Below, piece after piece: positions 35,401-46,854 of a stretch of DNA of 64,000 nucleotides (position 1 is its first letter; each line of letters begins with the position of its first letter). The notes beneath the pieces were generated by a model. The model made no database searches, had not been told where the DNA came from, and saw only the letters and a program-made list of their open reading frames with translations. A program made the position numbers and the translations under genes. Origin of the DNA: Neoconidiobolus thromboides FSU 785 (lineage: Eukaryota; Fungi; Entomophthoromycota); contig MU626345.1 in the NCBI GenBank assembly GCA_025603075.1, forward strand, positions 1 through 64,000, read 5' to 3'.

Positions 35401-38400
35401 TTAAACAATCTCAAGAATCTTTTTGAGTTTAACGATAAGTACCCATTCCTCTTTGCTTACATCCTCACGGAAAGTTTCCTTTAATACATCAATCGATTTA
35501 CGTGTAATATGGGAGTAAAATTCATCCTTCTCAGTAAAGTGACGACCAAACAATTTAGGAGTTTCATTGATCCCGGACTCTATCTTTACAGCTACACCAG
35601 CACCTGCCATACCTCGTTTAACTACATCAACTGGCTTATGATTCGATTCAATACCAGTAACAGTACCTAGATTTATTACTTCTCTCTTCTTGGTTGCTGG
35701 GTCAAAGTGAACCACACAGATTGGGGTTCCAACCCTTAAAGCACCTTCTATGACATCGGCACCAAAGATAATTGGATCACGTCTAGAAAAGATGGCACCT
35801 GGCACCATTTTAAGGACACAAGGAAAGATAGCATCAGATGCTTGATCTTTACGTTTCTGCTCTCTAATCGACTTAGAATACTCTGTGAATTTATCGAACA
35901 AATGGTAGATAATATCAGCCTTAAATATTTTAACGCCTAATTGTTCAGCAATAGCATTAGCATCTTTATCAACCTCAACATCGAAAGCTAAAAGTACTGC
36001 ATACTCTCTAGCTTTTTCTAACATCGTAGAGCATCTAATAACATCCCTCTTATAAACTGGACCAATATTGATACCTGAAACTGGGATCTTGGATACCCTT
36101 AAGAATTCTAAAAGAGCTTCTAATGAACCTAAAGTACTTGCTTGTACACTTACACCACGACCGGAGGTATCAATAGATTTCAATAAAGTTTGAAGATCTT
36201 CCATAACTTCATCCATTAAATCTTCCTCATCATCATCAGGCCCAACTACAAGTAATCGAGAACCAGCAATAGCCTTTTCAAGATCTGGAGCAGAAATCTT
36301 AACACCAAGAGCTGCCTTGACACGCTTATGATGAACATATGATGATTTAACTCTTAACTCTTTAAGAGGTTGAGGCGTAAGAAGTGCTCTTACTTGTGTA
36401 ACAATAGGTCCATTCAAACCACAAACAACAATACGATCACCTTCATTCAAATAACCATTAGAAAGCACTACATCAATAGTTGTACCAAGACCTTCGATTA
36501 CTTTAACTTCTAAAACAGTACATTCAAGTTCAGAAACGTACATTAATTTATCAGTTAATCTGGTTTGTGTCAAAGTGACCAAGAGATCGAGAATATCTGG
36601 TACACCTTCACCAGTAATAGCTGAAGTAGGTACAAACGATACATACTTAGCGAAATTCTTATTTTCGTAATAAAGTTTAGCATTAAGACCTTGTTCAGCA
36701 AAAGCTAAGATAGTCTTTTCAACTCTTGTATCAAATTCTTCTTTAACACTCTTGGTTTGTTTAGATAAAGAATCTAAAAAGCCATTGTTTGGAATTGGTT
36801 TCCATCCATAGATACGATCAATCTTGTTAAGTGCAACAATGAATGGTGTTTTACGTTGCCTTAATAAACGAATAGATTCAAGAGTTTGGGGTTCGAGCCC
36901 GTGCATAATATCTACAACCAATATAGCAATATTACAAAGGGAGGAACCTCTAGAACGAAGATTGGTGAAAGATTCGTGACCAGGGGTATCGATAACTAAA
37001 AGACCAGGTAATTTATAATCGGCTATACTATTATTTTTAAGAATCTCAGTCTTTTGTTTAATATTTTCAATTGGGAAGTAAGTAGCACCAATTTGTTGAG
37101 TAATACCACCAGCTTCACCTTCTTGGACATTGGTTTGTCTAATTTTATCCAAAAGTTTGGTTTTACCAGTATCTACATGACCAAGGATACATGCAATAGG
37201 TGAACGTAAATCATCCTTTGACCTAGCTGCCATGGCTTCCTCAATTCTTTTATGACGACGTTCTGATGCTTCTTTCTTCTTTTGAAGTGCAAGTTTCTTA
37301 GCATGGCTTAATTCTTCATTGCTATCATCTGAATCATCCTCTGAATCATCCTCTGAATCATCCTCTGAGTCTTCATCTTCTTCGTCTTCATCTTCTTTAT
37401 TTTTAGATTCTGGAGCTTTAGTAGCAGGAGCAGCTTTACTATTGGTTTTAGGAGCTTCAACTTTCTTTTCTTCTTCTTTTTCTTCTTCCTCCTCGGAGTG
37501 GTCTTCCCAGCTTTCCTTAATTTCCTCCTTCTCTTCTTCCTCAGAGTCTTCCCAGCTATCTTTAACTCCTTCAAGCTCTTCTTTGCCTTCTTTATCAGAA
37601 GCATCCCAATCTTCTTTAACTTCTTCCTTAACTTCTTTCTTAACTTCTTTCTTAACTTCTTTCTCAACAGCAACTTTAGGGGCTTCTGCAACCTTACCAT
37701 GCTTTTTGACTATTTTAGTTTCAGATATAGTTGGACTAGGAGCAGTTGTATCTTCTTTCTTCTTGTTGTTTTTCTTTTTTGAACTATAAACAATGCGTTT
37801 TGGTTTATTATCCACAGCTTCATCAACCTTGTCGTCAGAAGTAGAGGCTAAAATGGAAGAAGAGATCATACCACTTTTAATTAATGCCTCCCTCTTAAGA
37901 TCAGCTTTCCTCTTAGCTTCCTTTTGTGCTTTAGTTAAGAGTTTACCCTCTTTACGTAATTGTTCACGTTTTTCAGCGTCTTTTTGCTTCTTGGCAAGCC
38001 TGGCTTCCTCCTTTAACCGTTCTTCTTCAGCAATACGCTTCTCTTCTTCCTCTATTCTCTTCTTTTCCTCCTCTTCGAGACGACGTATTTCTTCTTCTAA
38101 TGCCTTGGTTTCTTCCATCTTTTTCTTAAGAGCTGCAATAACTCCACCTGGACCTTTCTTTTTACCTTTACCTTTACCTTTAGAAGCTTCCTCCACTTGT
38201 TCAACTGGTGTCTCTTCAGCACCAAAATTCTCTTCAGCTTCAGCTTTTTTCCTTTCAGCTTCAGCTTTCTTCTTTTCAGCTTTTTGGCGTTCTTTTCTTT
38301 CCTTTTCTTTTTGTTTGGCAGATTTAAGTTTAGGTGCGGAATCCTCTTCAATGTCAACATTTTTAGCTTTAACTAGTTCCTCTTTAGCCTTGACTGGTTC

Positions 38401-39263
38401 ATTTTCAGCTGGTGCAGCGTCTTCAGCACCCAAATCAGCATAAAGATCCTCTTCTAAATCATAAGCTTGCTTCTTCTTTCCTTTTCCTTTTCCTTTTCCT
38501 TTCTTTGGGGCTTCAGTTGAAGCAACTGGAGCTACTGAGTCATCCTCGATAAGGGCAGCTAAGGCATCTAAGTCATCGTCCTTCTTATTTTTCTTTTTCT
38601 TCCCTTTTCCAGTTGAAGGAGCTGGAATGGATGAATCTTCAATCAAAGCAGCTAAAGCATCGAGCTCATCATCCTTCTTTTTATCTTTTTTACCTTTTTT
38701 ACCACCTTTTTGGGTTGTAACTGGAGCAGATATATTTTCGACTTCTTCTTTATCTTCTTCAGCGACTTCATCTTCTAAAGCATCAAAAGAGATTTGTTCT
38801 TTACCTTTACCCTTTTTAGGTTTCACAGGAGCCTCATCAACATCCATATCTTCTAGAGCATCAAACGAAAAAGTGTTGGACTTTTTCGAACCTTTACCCT
38901 TCTTTTTTGATACTGGAGCATTAAAAGAATCAGCTTCTTCGTCCGATAAGTTTGCTAAAGTTAAGATATCTGGGGCATCGGTATTGTCATCAAAAGCAGC
39001 GTTCTTTTTTTTGGATTTTTTATCCTTCTTTTTAACACTTTTGGAAATCATTGACATTAAACCACCTTCTTCTTCTTCACCAAGAAGTGCTAAAAGGTTT
39101 GTTTTTTTATTGTCATCCAACTCTTCTTTTTGCTCAAGAGCAGTAAGATCAGTATCGATTTCTGGACCATCCCTAAAAGATAGTTAATTAATATACAATA
39201 AATGAGAAATCTCAATTACCAGTAATCATCTTGTTGTTTTTTTCCACCTTTCTTTTTACCCAT
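35401..39263 (-). CDS. FUN12: Translation initiation factor eIF5B
   Basis: [16 protein letters not shown] and NKID GTPase motifs; long charged N-terminus. True ATG at 39263 with a 47-nt intron at 39173..39219. Confidence 0.97.
37329..37372. repeat. Coding 12-nt tandem repeat (EDDS)n in eIF5B
   Basis: GAATCATCCTCT repeated about three times; a similar KKEV 12-mer repeat lies at about 37615-37655. Confidence 0.7.
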
Positions 39264-40150
39264 TTTTAATATAAAGTTAAGTAGTTATCTTAAACTATAG
39301 TTAATTTTATTTGATTCTTATTGTAAGAATAAGAATAAAAAGCAAAAATTAAAAATTGGGGCAGCTGCGTATTAATGATGAGAAAAAATAGCTGCGAATT
39401 TTGTTTTGCAGAAGCTGAAATTTCTTTTGGGCAATAATTTCATCAATTTTATTTGGAAATGCTGTTCTGGATGGATGTTTTCGATTTTGAATAATAATCT
39501 TAATATTTAAAATTTTAAAATTTTAAGTTACTATAAGCTATAATGTTTTATTAGAAGCGAAACCAGCCCAGTTGTATGTATAAAACAATAGCTAGTTATG
39601 AAATTTCATGATGGTGGAAAAGTCAATTAGATGCTATAAAATGAATAACTTTTATTTTATAAAATCTATTTTGGAATGCTTCGAATCATTTTTTTTTAGT
39701 TTGGTCAAGATATCATTTACTATGTCAAATGCTATACTATTAAATGAGTATGCTCTTAATACCTATTGACATATGTTGCTTTTGTATATTATTGTAAAGT
39801 GATGAATCTAATAATATCGTAATTTTATTAGTATTATAATAGAAGATGAAAATTTATAAATACCTATTAAGATAAATGTATTAGCTATTGTATGTTTAAA
39901 TAATAAAATTTGTTAAAACTTCTAATTTTATATTACTTTTGATTTCACAATGATAGAGCAAATTCAAGAATGGAAAAGTCTCAAATTTAAAACGCGAAAT
40001 CCAAGTATTTAGATTTTAAATTAAATAAAGTCCTAATTTTCCAAAGAATTAAATTGTACTCAAAAAATAATTCGGTTAAAGATAGAAAACCTTTATCTTT
40101 TAATCCATTTAAATTATAGAATTTTAAAAAACTTAATTAATTAAATAGAT

Positions 40151-41755
40151 ATGGATGAGACACCAGAAAGAGTACCATTGCCTTTAGACGATACTACCAA
40201 AATTGTTATATGGGTGTTATGTTTAGGTGGTGTAGTATTGTTTGCATTATTTGCTGTCGTATGCACTTATATTTATCAACGTAAAAAACCGGAACTTATT
40301 AATGAGTTAGAGTTCTTTTTAACTGCAAGAAACACTCAACCCACAATTCGAGTAGCGTGGAGTTTTGTTGCTGGTGTATTAGGTGCTTGGATCTTAGCTG
40401 GTCCACCAGGCTATGCAGTCACTGCAGGTGTAATTGGTTTAATATTTTATGCTTTAGCTTCTGGTTTACCAGTTTTATTACTTGCTTTTGTTGGTGACAG
40501 AATACAAAAGAAACTACCTAATGTAATTTCTTTCTGTGATTATGTTCATTATCGTTTTGGTCTCGTACCTCAAATCTATGTCGTGATTATTATGTTACTT
40601 AATATGGGTATTGGTTTAACTGCCGAATATACTGCTGTAGGTGATATCTTTGAAAATGTATTGGGTATCAATCGTATCCCAATTTTAGTTACTGTTGGTG
40701 TGTTAACTATGGTTTATACTGCTTACGGTGGTCTTTATGTTTCTATTATTACGGATCAAGGACAAGCCATTTTCGCTTCTTTATTATTAATAGTATTATC
40801 AATTTATGTCGGTGCTACTTTTAGACCTGAATTGGGACCACTACCCGATTTCCTTCAGCCTACATATACAGGGTTTTCATCGATTGCAGCTATGCCAATA
40901 TCCTTATTTTGTGCAACTGTTTATTCAGAAGCACCATGGCAACGTATTTGGGCTTCAGAGAATCCACAAGCTCTTAAAACTGGAGCTGCATTAGCTAGTT
41001 TTATTATTTTTGTTTTCGTTTTCGTATTTGGATTATTTGGCTTTTTAGCTGCATGGGCAGGTTATCCCACAGATGATCCAAATCTTTTGGTTTTTTCTTT
41101 ATTAGCTCATGGTGAAAAAGTAGCCCCTTCTTGGATCATTGTGATAATGGCTTTACTAATTATTACTATGAATGAATCTGCTGTTGACAGTTTTCAAAAT
41201 GCTTTGGTAGATACTATTTCTACTATGGTATTAAGAAACCGCTCAGTTAATTGGGCTCGTGGGTTAGTAGTTCTTATTAATATTCCAATTATTATAGTTT
41301 CATTACAAAATTATCCTGTTATTAACTTATTTTTAATTGGTAATGTTATTACTTCCACTTCAGCCTTACCCATGTTATTAGGTTTATGGGATGGAGGATA
41401 TAATATTGTTACTGGAGCTTCAGTTGTATTTGGTAGTTTATTTTCTTTAATTTCAGTTATGGTTTATGGTATTATTACAATGGATGGGGATGCTAACAAA
41501 GGACTCAATTTTGTGTTTTTTGAATCCTATGATTATCCTACTTTCTTAATTGCTACTGGGTTTTCTTTAATTGGTGTAGCCCTCTGGGTAGCTGCTGTAA
41601 AAGTAATTGAGCTTTTAGGTATTCGTACCATATACTTGCCAGGGTTTAAACCAGGTTATTTAAATACTACAAATGATGCATTTGATAACACTGATCCACT
41701 TGCTATCAATTCTCATTCTCATACTCCTAAATCAAACGACAGTAGAAATCATTAA
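40151..41755 (+). CDS. Sodium:solute symporter (SSS/SLC5-like; DUR3-related) transporter
   Basis: About 13 hydrophobic segments; FFLTARN, YTAYGGLYVSIITDQGQ and WQRIWA motifs. Confidence 0.88.
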   Translation: MDETPERVPLPLDDTTKIVIWVLCLGGVVLFALFAVVCTYIYQRKKPELINELEFFLTARNTQPTIRVAWSFVAGVLGAWILAGPPGYAVTAGVIGLIFYALASGLPVLLLAFVGDRIQKKLPNVISFCDYVHYRFGLVPQIYVVIIMLLNMGIGLTAEYTAVGDIFENVLGINRIPILVTVGVLTMVYTAYGGLYVSIITDQGQAIFASLLLIVLSIYVGATFRPELGPLPDFLQPTYTGFSSIAAMPISLFCATVYSEAPWQRIWASENPQALKTGAALASFIIFVFVFVFGLFGFLAAWAGYPTDDPNLLVFSLLAHGEKVAPSWIIVIMALLIITMNESAVDSFQNALVDTISTMVLRNRSVNWARGLVVLINIPIIIVSLQNYPVINLFLIGNVITSTSALPMLLGLWDGGYNIVTGASVVFGSLFSLISVMVYGIITMDGDANKGLNFVFFESYDYPTFLIATGFSLIGVALWVAAVKVIELLGIRTIYLPGFKPGYLNTTNDAFDNTDPLAINSHSHTPKSNDSRNH

Positions 41756-41812
41756 GTTAAGATACTATATGCTTTAGAATAAACTTAATTTTATATTCGA
41801 TTATTACTATAT

Positions 41813-41910
41813 GGGGATGTATTTTTGTGTTTAAGAATTTTATTGACAATTTTTCCGCTTAAATAGCGCTCAAAAAATAGAAAGAATAATGAAGTTGAAA
41901 AAACACTCCC
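41813..41910 (+). mobile_element. MITE copy 14
   Basis: ATAT/ATAT flanks; 57 bp after the transporter stop codon. Confidence 0.9.
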
Positions 41911-42049
41911 ATATATTGTTATTTTGAACTTATTTATTCATTTACAATTATCATGATAGTCATTATAAATCAATGTTACGCTTCAGTTAAACTATCTTTT
42001 AAAAATTACATGTCTAGAACAATGTTTATAAATGTACTGAGATAAATAT

Positions 42050-43500
42050 AAATTATAAAAATTTTAGTCTAAAGTCACTACAAGTAGTAGGATCAAAGAA
42101 TCCGTTCTCCAGAAGCTCACAATCTTTCTTAGATTATTTTAATCTGAGGGATGAAAGAAGAAACTCTTTAACTAAGAAAGATTTTTACTCAGAAACACAA
42201 TTTATGTTAGAGAAGGGTTTGATTGAGGCTTAAAGACCCTTTCATACTACTGGAGGTGAATAATACAAATAATATAAGCGATATTTAGTGAAAGGAATAA
42301 AGTGGAATAAGATGTAGATAAATCTGAAGCAATGGAAAGGTCTTTATACTAATAAATAAATAAAAATTGGTATAATTCACTAAAACATGAGATACTTTAT
42401 TATAGATAGACTGAACTTAAGAACATAATAAAAAACGATGGGATAGCAAACCAATATCCAAAATTATTTATGTTTTTCTATAATATTTTGGCAAACATTA
42501 AATAAAAACACTACTTTAAATCACATAAACAATTTTGTATCAAATTGTTTTTTAGATTATATTTCAAATATACTAAGCAAATATGAATAAAATATAGATA
42601 TCTAAAACTAAGATATACACTGCCCACGAAATAATTTACTTGGTATACTATCTAAACATTTCTTAAAAGACCTTGGATTCATAATGAATAGATATTTTAT
42701 TAGATAAAGCCAAGTTTACAAAATAGGTTAGAGTGTCATTTGGTAGGAGCCTTGATGCTCTAAATACTGAACTTTAGCCTTTTGGTCCTACAAAAAATAT
42801 CATGTTTTTAGTCTATTCATCATTCAATATATAGATGTGATCCAAGTAAGTTGGAGTCAATGCCTTCTGAACAAAATTCATAATATATATGGTAAATCGT
42901 TTAAAGAACGGGCCTTACAAAACTGGAAGCAAAGGTAGGTTTGAATTCATCTAATGAAAGTTTTAGGTGACAAGAGAAAAGGGAGGAATGGTCAATACTA
43001 CAGGTGATTAGATCGAAAATTGCTTTGGATCCTAAATTTAGTGCACAAGAACAGCCGAAGGATCAGTGGATTTTCCTTTTAAATTTAATACAATCAAGTA
43101 TTATAATACTATCAATGAAATCAAAGTTGAAATCAATTCAAACCTAGTGAGAAATCAAAAAAGAAGAGGTTTTCAGATAGGACGATTACTAATAAAATAT
43201 ACGAAAGACTAAATCTAGTCACTGATTTACCTATAATGTTACAAGTGTTATCAATTAGCGTTGTTAGTTTAAAATTAAGATATGGGGATGTATTTTTGTG
43301 TTTAAGGATTTCACTAATAGGTTTTCTACTCAAATAGTGCTTAAAAGATGGAAAAAGTGATGAAGCCAAAAAAACATCCCCATATAGAGCTCTGAAGGGA
43401 GAGTTTAAATATATTAGAGCTAGAGTTCTTGAGGAAAGTATTGGATATTAAGCAAACGCATGAAAACAATGAAAGTTATCAATGTTAGTTATCCAACCTG
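42050..43500 (+). pseudogene. Decayed L1-like reverse transcriptase fragment
   Basis: Degenerate DGIANQY, FGRSLD and REKGGM..LQVIRSKIAL...QW (the GGLG segment of L1 RTs); many stops; interrupted by MITE copy 15. Confidence 0.38.
43284..43381 (+). mobile_element. MITE copy 15
   Basis: Consensus match; ATAT/ATAT flanks. Confidence 0.9.
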
Positions 43501-43773
43501 TTAATATGGAGGAAGTATAAACGTTGATATGTTTGATAGATTTAGTCATTATAATCATAGCATAATTTAAAAAATATTATCTCTTTTATTACACATAGAA
43601 ATTGCTTTTGCCAATATTATTCAAACTGTCATATGTTATAAATAAATTAGCATGTAAACCAGTTTGTAGATAGCGTATATTAATCCTAAATATATTTTTT
43701 TTTATTAATGTTAATTGAAGTTTATTTAAACTACTCTAATTAAACTAATAAGTGATTATAATATAAAGCATAT

Positions 43774-43871
43774 AAGGATGATTTTTTTGAATGGAAAAAT
43801 TGCTAATAAAATTTTTAAACAAATAATGTTTAAAAGACAGAAAAAGTAATGAAATCAAAAAAAACATACTA
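43774..43871 (+). mobile_element. MITE copy 16 with internal inversion
   Basis: An approximately 37-bp internal block is reverse-complemented relative to consensus. Confidence 0.7.
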
Positions 43872-44349
43872 AATCATTGATACTGTAAAACTTTTAAAAA
43901 CTTTGTGTATCTTTCAATCTGTGTATTTATTCTTAATATATGTTTAGTAAAGCATTTGAGTTATGGGTAAAAGATTGTAATTTTTCAAAGAAAACTGTAG
44001 AGGTAACCCAAAAATTCTTTTACTTTTTGTATAATTTAAATTCGTAAAAGTATATTATTATAACAATAATATGTCATTATTGTTAAATTGTCTATATTCT
44101 TATATGTAAAAAGAATCCACTGCCATAGCCAGAAATATTAATAAATATTAAAGATAAATAAAATGAGAACTTTTGAGACTATCAACAAAGTTTATGAAAA
44201 ATAATATAAAGAAATTACATACTATACAAAAACGGATATATTATTAAAAACTGTATTTTATACTGTGTATTATGACTCATCAAATTGAACTAAAAATGAG
44301 CACTTTGATAAAAAATAAATTAAGTTTTTTACTTTTTAATTTAAACATC

Positions 44350-45400
44350 AACTAAAATTTAACTCTAACGTCATCCCATCCTTAATTTTATCCATGATCT
44401 ATCCCTAACTTTAAATTAGCCTTAACACTCACCTTAACACTAATCTTTAACTCGTTATAATAATTACTACCAATAATAGAACTTTGTAGGAATTTTTATC
44501 TACCTTTTACAAATGAATTTTTGAATCACAGGTTGATAGATAAGATTAATTCCAAGTTTGACGAATTATCTAAAAAATAAAAATTCAAGCAAATCTATAA
44601 TAATTTTCCTTCAACTCTAGAATTTCGTCATTAGATCTCATACTTTTTGATATACTATCAAAAAACAAAGTGAAATTTCAACAAAAAAAATTCTTTATTA
44701 AGTATTTCTGCCAATAAATACGGAAAATAACAGAATATTTAAACACTCAACTTGTCTTAAATATTACTCTTTTTGCTCAATTCTTAAGTTATTATATTTC
44801 CAATGAAAACTTACTCAGAAAATAAATGAGCCTAAAGTACAAAAAGAAAGAGCTTCCTTTAGCTTCTACTTTATACAATTAATAAAAATAAAGCTACTTT
44901 AATATTGACTATATATTTGTTTTCCCTTTACTACTTATAGTAAATATAATGCATGCGGTTATTTTTATTAATATTAAGTTTTAACATGCAATTAAAATTA
45001 CCTTAATGTTTAGTTTAACTTGTTTATTTATGAACTGAAAAGTCGCTTGATAGTATAATTCAATTTCTATGCAAAATACCAATAAAATTTATCCACTCAT
45101 CAATCAACAATTGTTCCTTTATAATATCATCAATGTGATTTATATAATAAAAGTTTGATGATGTTTTAATAAATTTTTATTAAAATTAATGTAATAGATT
45201 GACATCATTTCATAAATCACTAATTTCTACAGTAAACGTTGTATAGCAGCTAATGAAATAAATTTGTTGATTTTAAACTAAGTTTTGGATAACTGAAAAC
45301 TTTAAATTTGTATTCAATTAATGAAATATATCGTTTTACCTTTATTTATAGTATGATTAATTAAGGAGAGTAAGGTTTATCTTAGTATATATGAAAAGTA
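44350..45400 (-). pseudogene. Probable class-A-like 7TM receptor pseudogene
   Basis: Minus-strand ISLAAIQRLL*KLVIY (DRY-like TM3 end) followed by hydrophobic stretches with stops; intron-like gtaatt/gtaagt donors. Confidence 0.28.
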
Positions 45401-46854
45401 GCTTAATTGGTAGAATTTCGGTCTATTTATTTTATTATGTTCCAAGAAAAATAAGTATAAATTATTATTTTTATTATTATTAATGTTGGAGAAAAAGAGG
45501 TAAGAAACCAAATTAATAAAAGGAATAAAAGTAATTACAAATTTAATTAGTTGATCGCGATAATAGATAATGATTCATTTGCTTCTTAATACATAATTAT
45601 ATATTATTAAAATATTAATATACAATAACGATGTTAACTAAACAAAAGGAGGGATGATATCAACTTCCCCAATCCTGGAGTTTCTCTAACTAACTCCTGA
45701 TGTTTTTTCAATTTTTTAATGTGAAACTAGGAACCTTTACTAAATTTGTAACTAAATACTTCCATTTTTCTTATTAAGAATGAATTATCAATTTTCATTT
45801 AAATTAATTTCACTAAAAAAAATTCATAGTGTTTCCTTGAAATCATCCTAATTCATTCATTTAAAAGTCGATATCATTGGTTCTTTTCAAGAAAATGGAA
45901 TCTTTTAAGAAAATAGTAGTTGAAGAAATATCAAACTCATATTACTTATAAATTAATAAATAGCAAAAAAAGGAGTTAAAAAAATAAAAGAAACTTAAAT
46001 AAAGTTACATTAAAAGAAGCTTATTTAATATAGGATTTTATTTAAAATTCAGTTTTTTATAGTTAGTTAACTGATATCATTATTGATGCAAGTTAATCTA
46101 TTAACTGTGTTACTATCAATATATTTAGTAATTTAGCGTCAATTTGATTGGTTCGTGGTGAGCATTAAAAAGCCATTCAAGCAGATAACATTCAGGTTAA
46201 ATTTTCTAATAATAACAAAAAAATGAAGTCTTAATTTGGAAAGACAAAGTATGATTAAAAGATAAATACAAAAAGTATCAATTTGAAAGCCATAAAAGTC
46301 GAGTAAAAAATTGAACTTAGAAAATGAAAATAAAAAGAAAATTTTAAGCATCAACTTGAAAAAAATTTTCTCTTAAATTAACTTCAAGTAAAAGAAAGTT
46401 AAAAATTTTTATTAAAAAAACATCGTGTTTCTTTATAGACCATCTGCTCCTTTTTAGGTTTGCTTTTGGAAAGAGATTTTAAAGGGTTCAACTACCGTTC
46501 ATCAATTTAGACTTGTTTTATATCACTTAAAGCGTTCATCTACCTAACAAACAAAGTATTTTTTAATCCTTATTGACTTTATCTTCAGCTTACCACCTTA
46601 TCCTTTGTTTCTTTTATTTCAGTATGCAGCTTAAGCTTTAAATCAGCTTCCCCTGCGTATCGTTTTATATTCGTATTGGTTAATTTTTACTTTTAAGTGT
46701 TTTCTTTCAAATTCACTTAAAGGTGTATCATCACTTTGAGCTTTTATAATATCAATTTATCTTCTCCAACAACTTTCTTTTAAAAGAAAAAATTTCAATT
46801 TCTCCTAAACCTCATTTACCCTTTAATTGTCCTTAGTTTAATTAAATAAAATCA

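Noticed and set aside
37308-39187. Long overlapping ORFs (37308, 37319, 37498, 37793, 38097, 38627)
   Set aside because: These are antisense or alternative-frame shadows of the low-complexity Glu/Lys/Asp-rich N-terminus of eIF5B.
39361-39425. PAC-like GATGAG and RRPE-like words upstream of eIF5B
   Set aside because: Short, imperfect matches that are expected by chance in DNA this AT-rich.
4579-43369. Apparent small-protein family (ORFs 4579, 24996, 30216, 43133) sharing YLSGKFVSKILKYKNTSPY-like text
   Set aside because: The shared text is simply the MITE read in an open frame; there is no independent coding evidence.
44350-44460. CCTTAAC/CCCTAAC-like words as interstitial telomeric repeats
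   Set aside because: Too degenerate; better explained as a 12-nt-period codon repeat (SVKV/SVKA) on the minus strand of a pseudogene.
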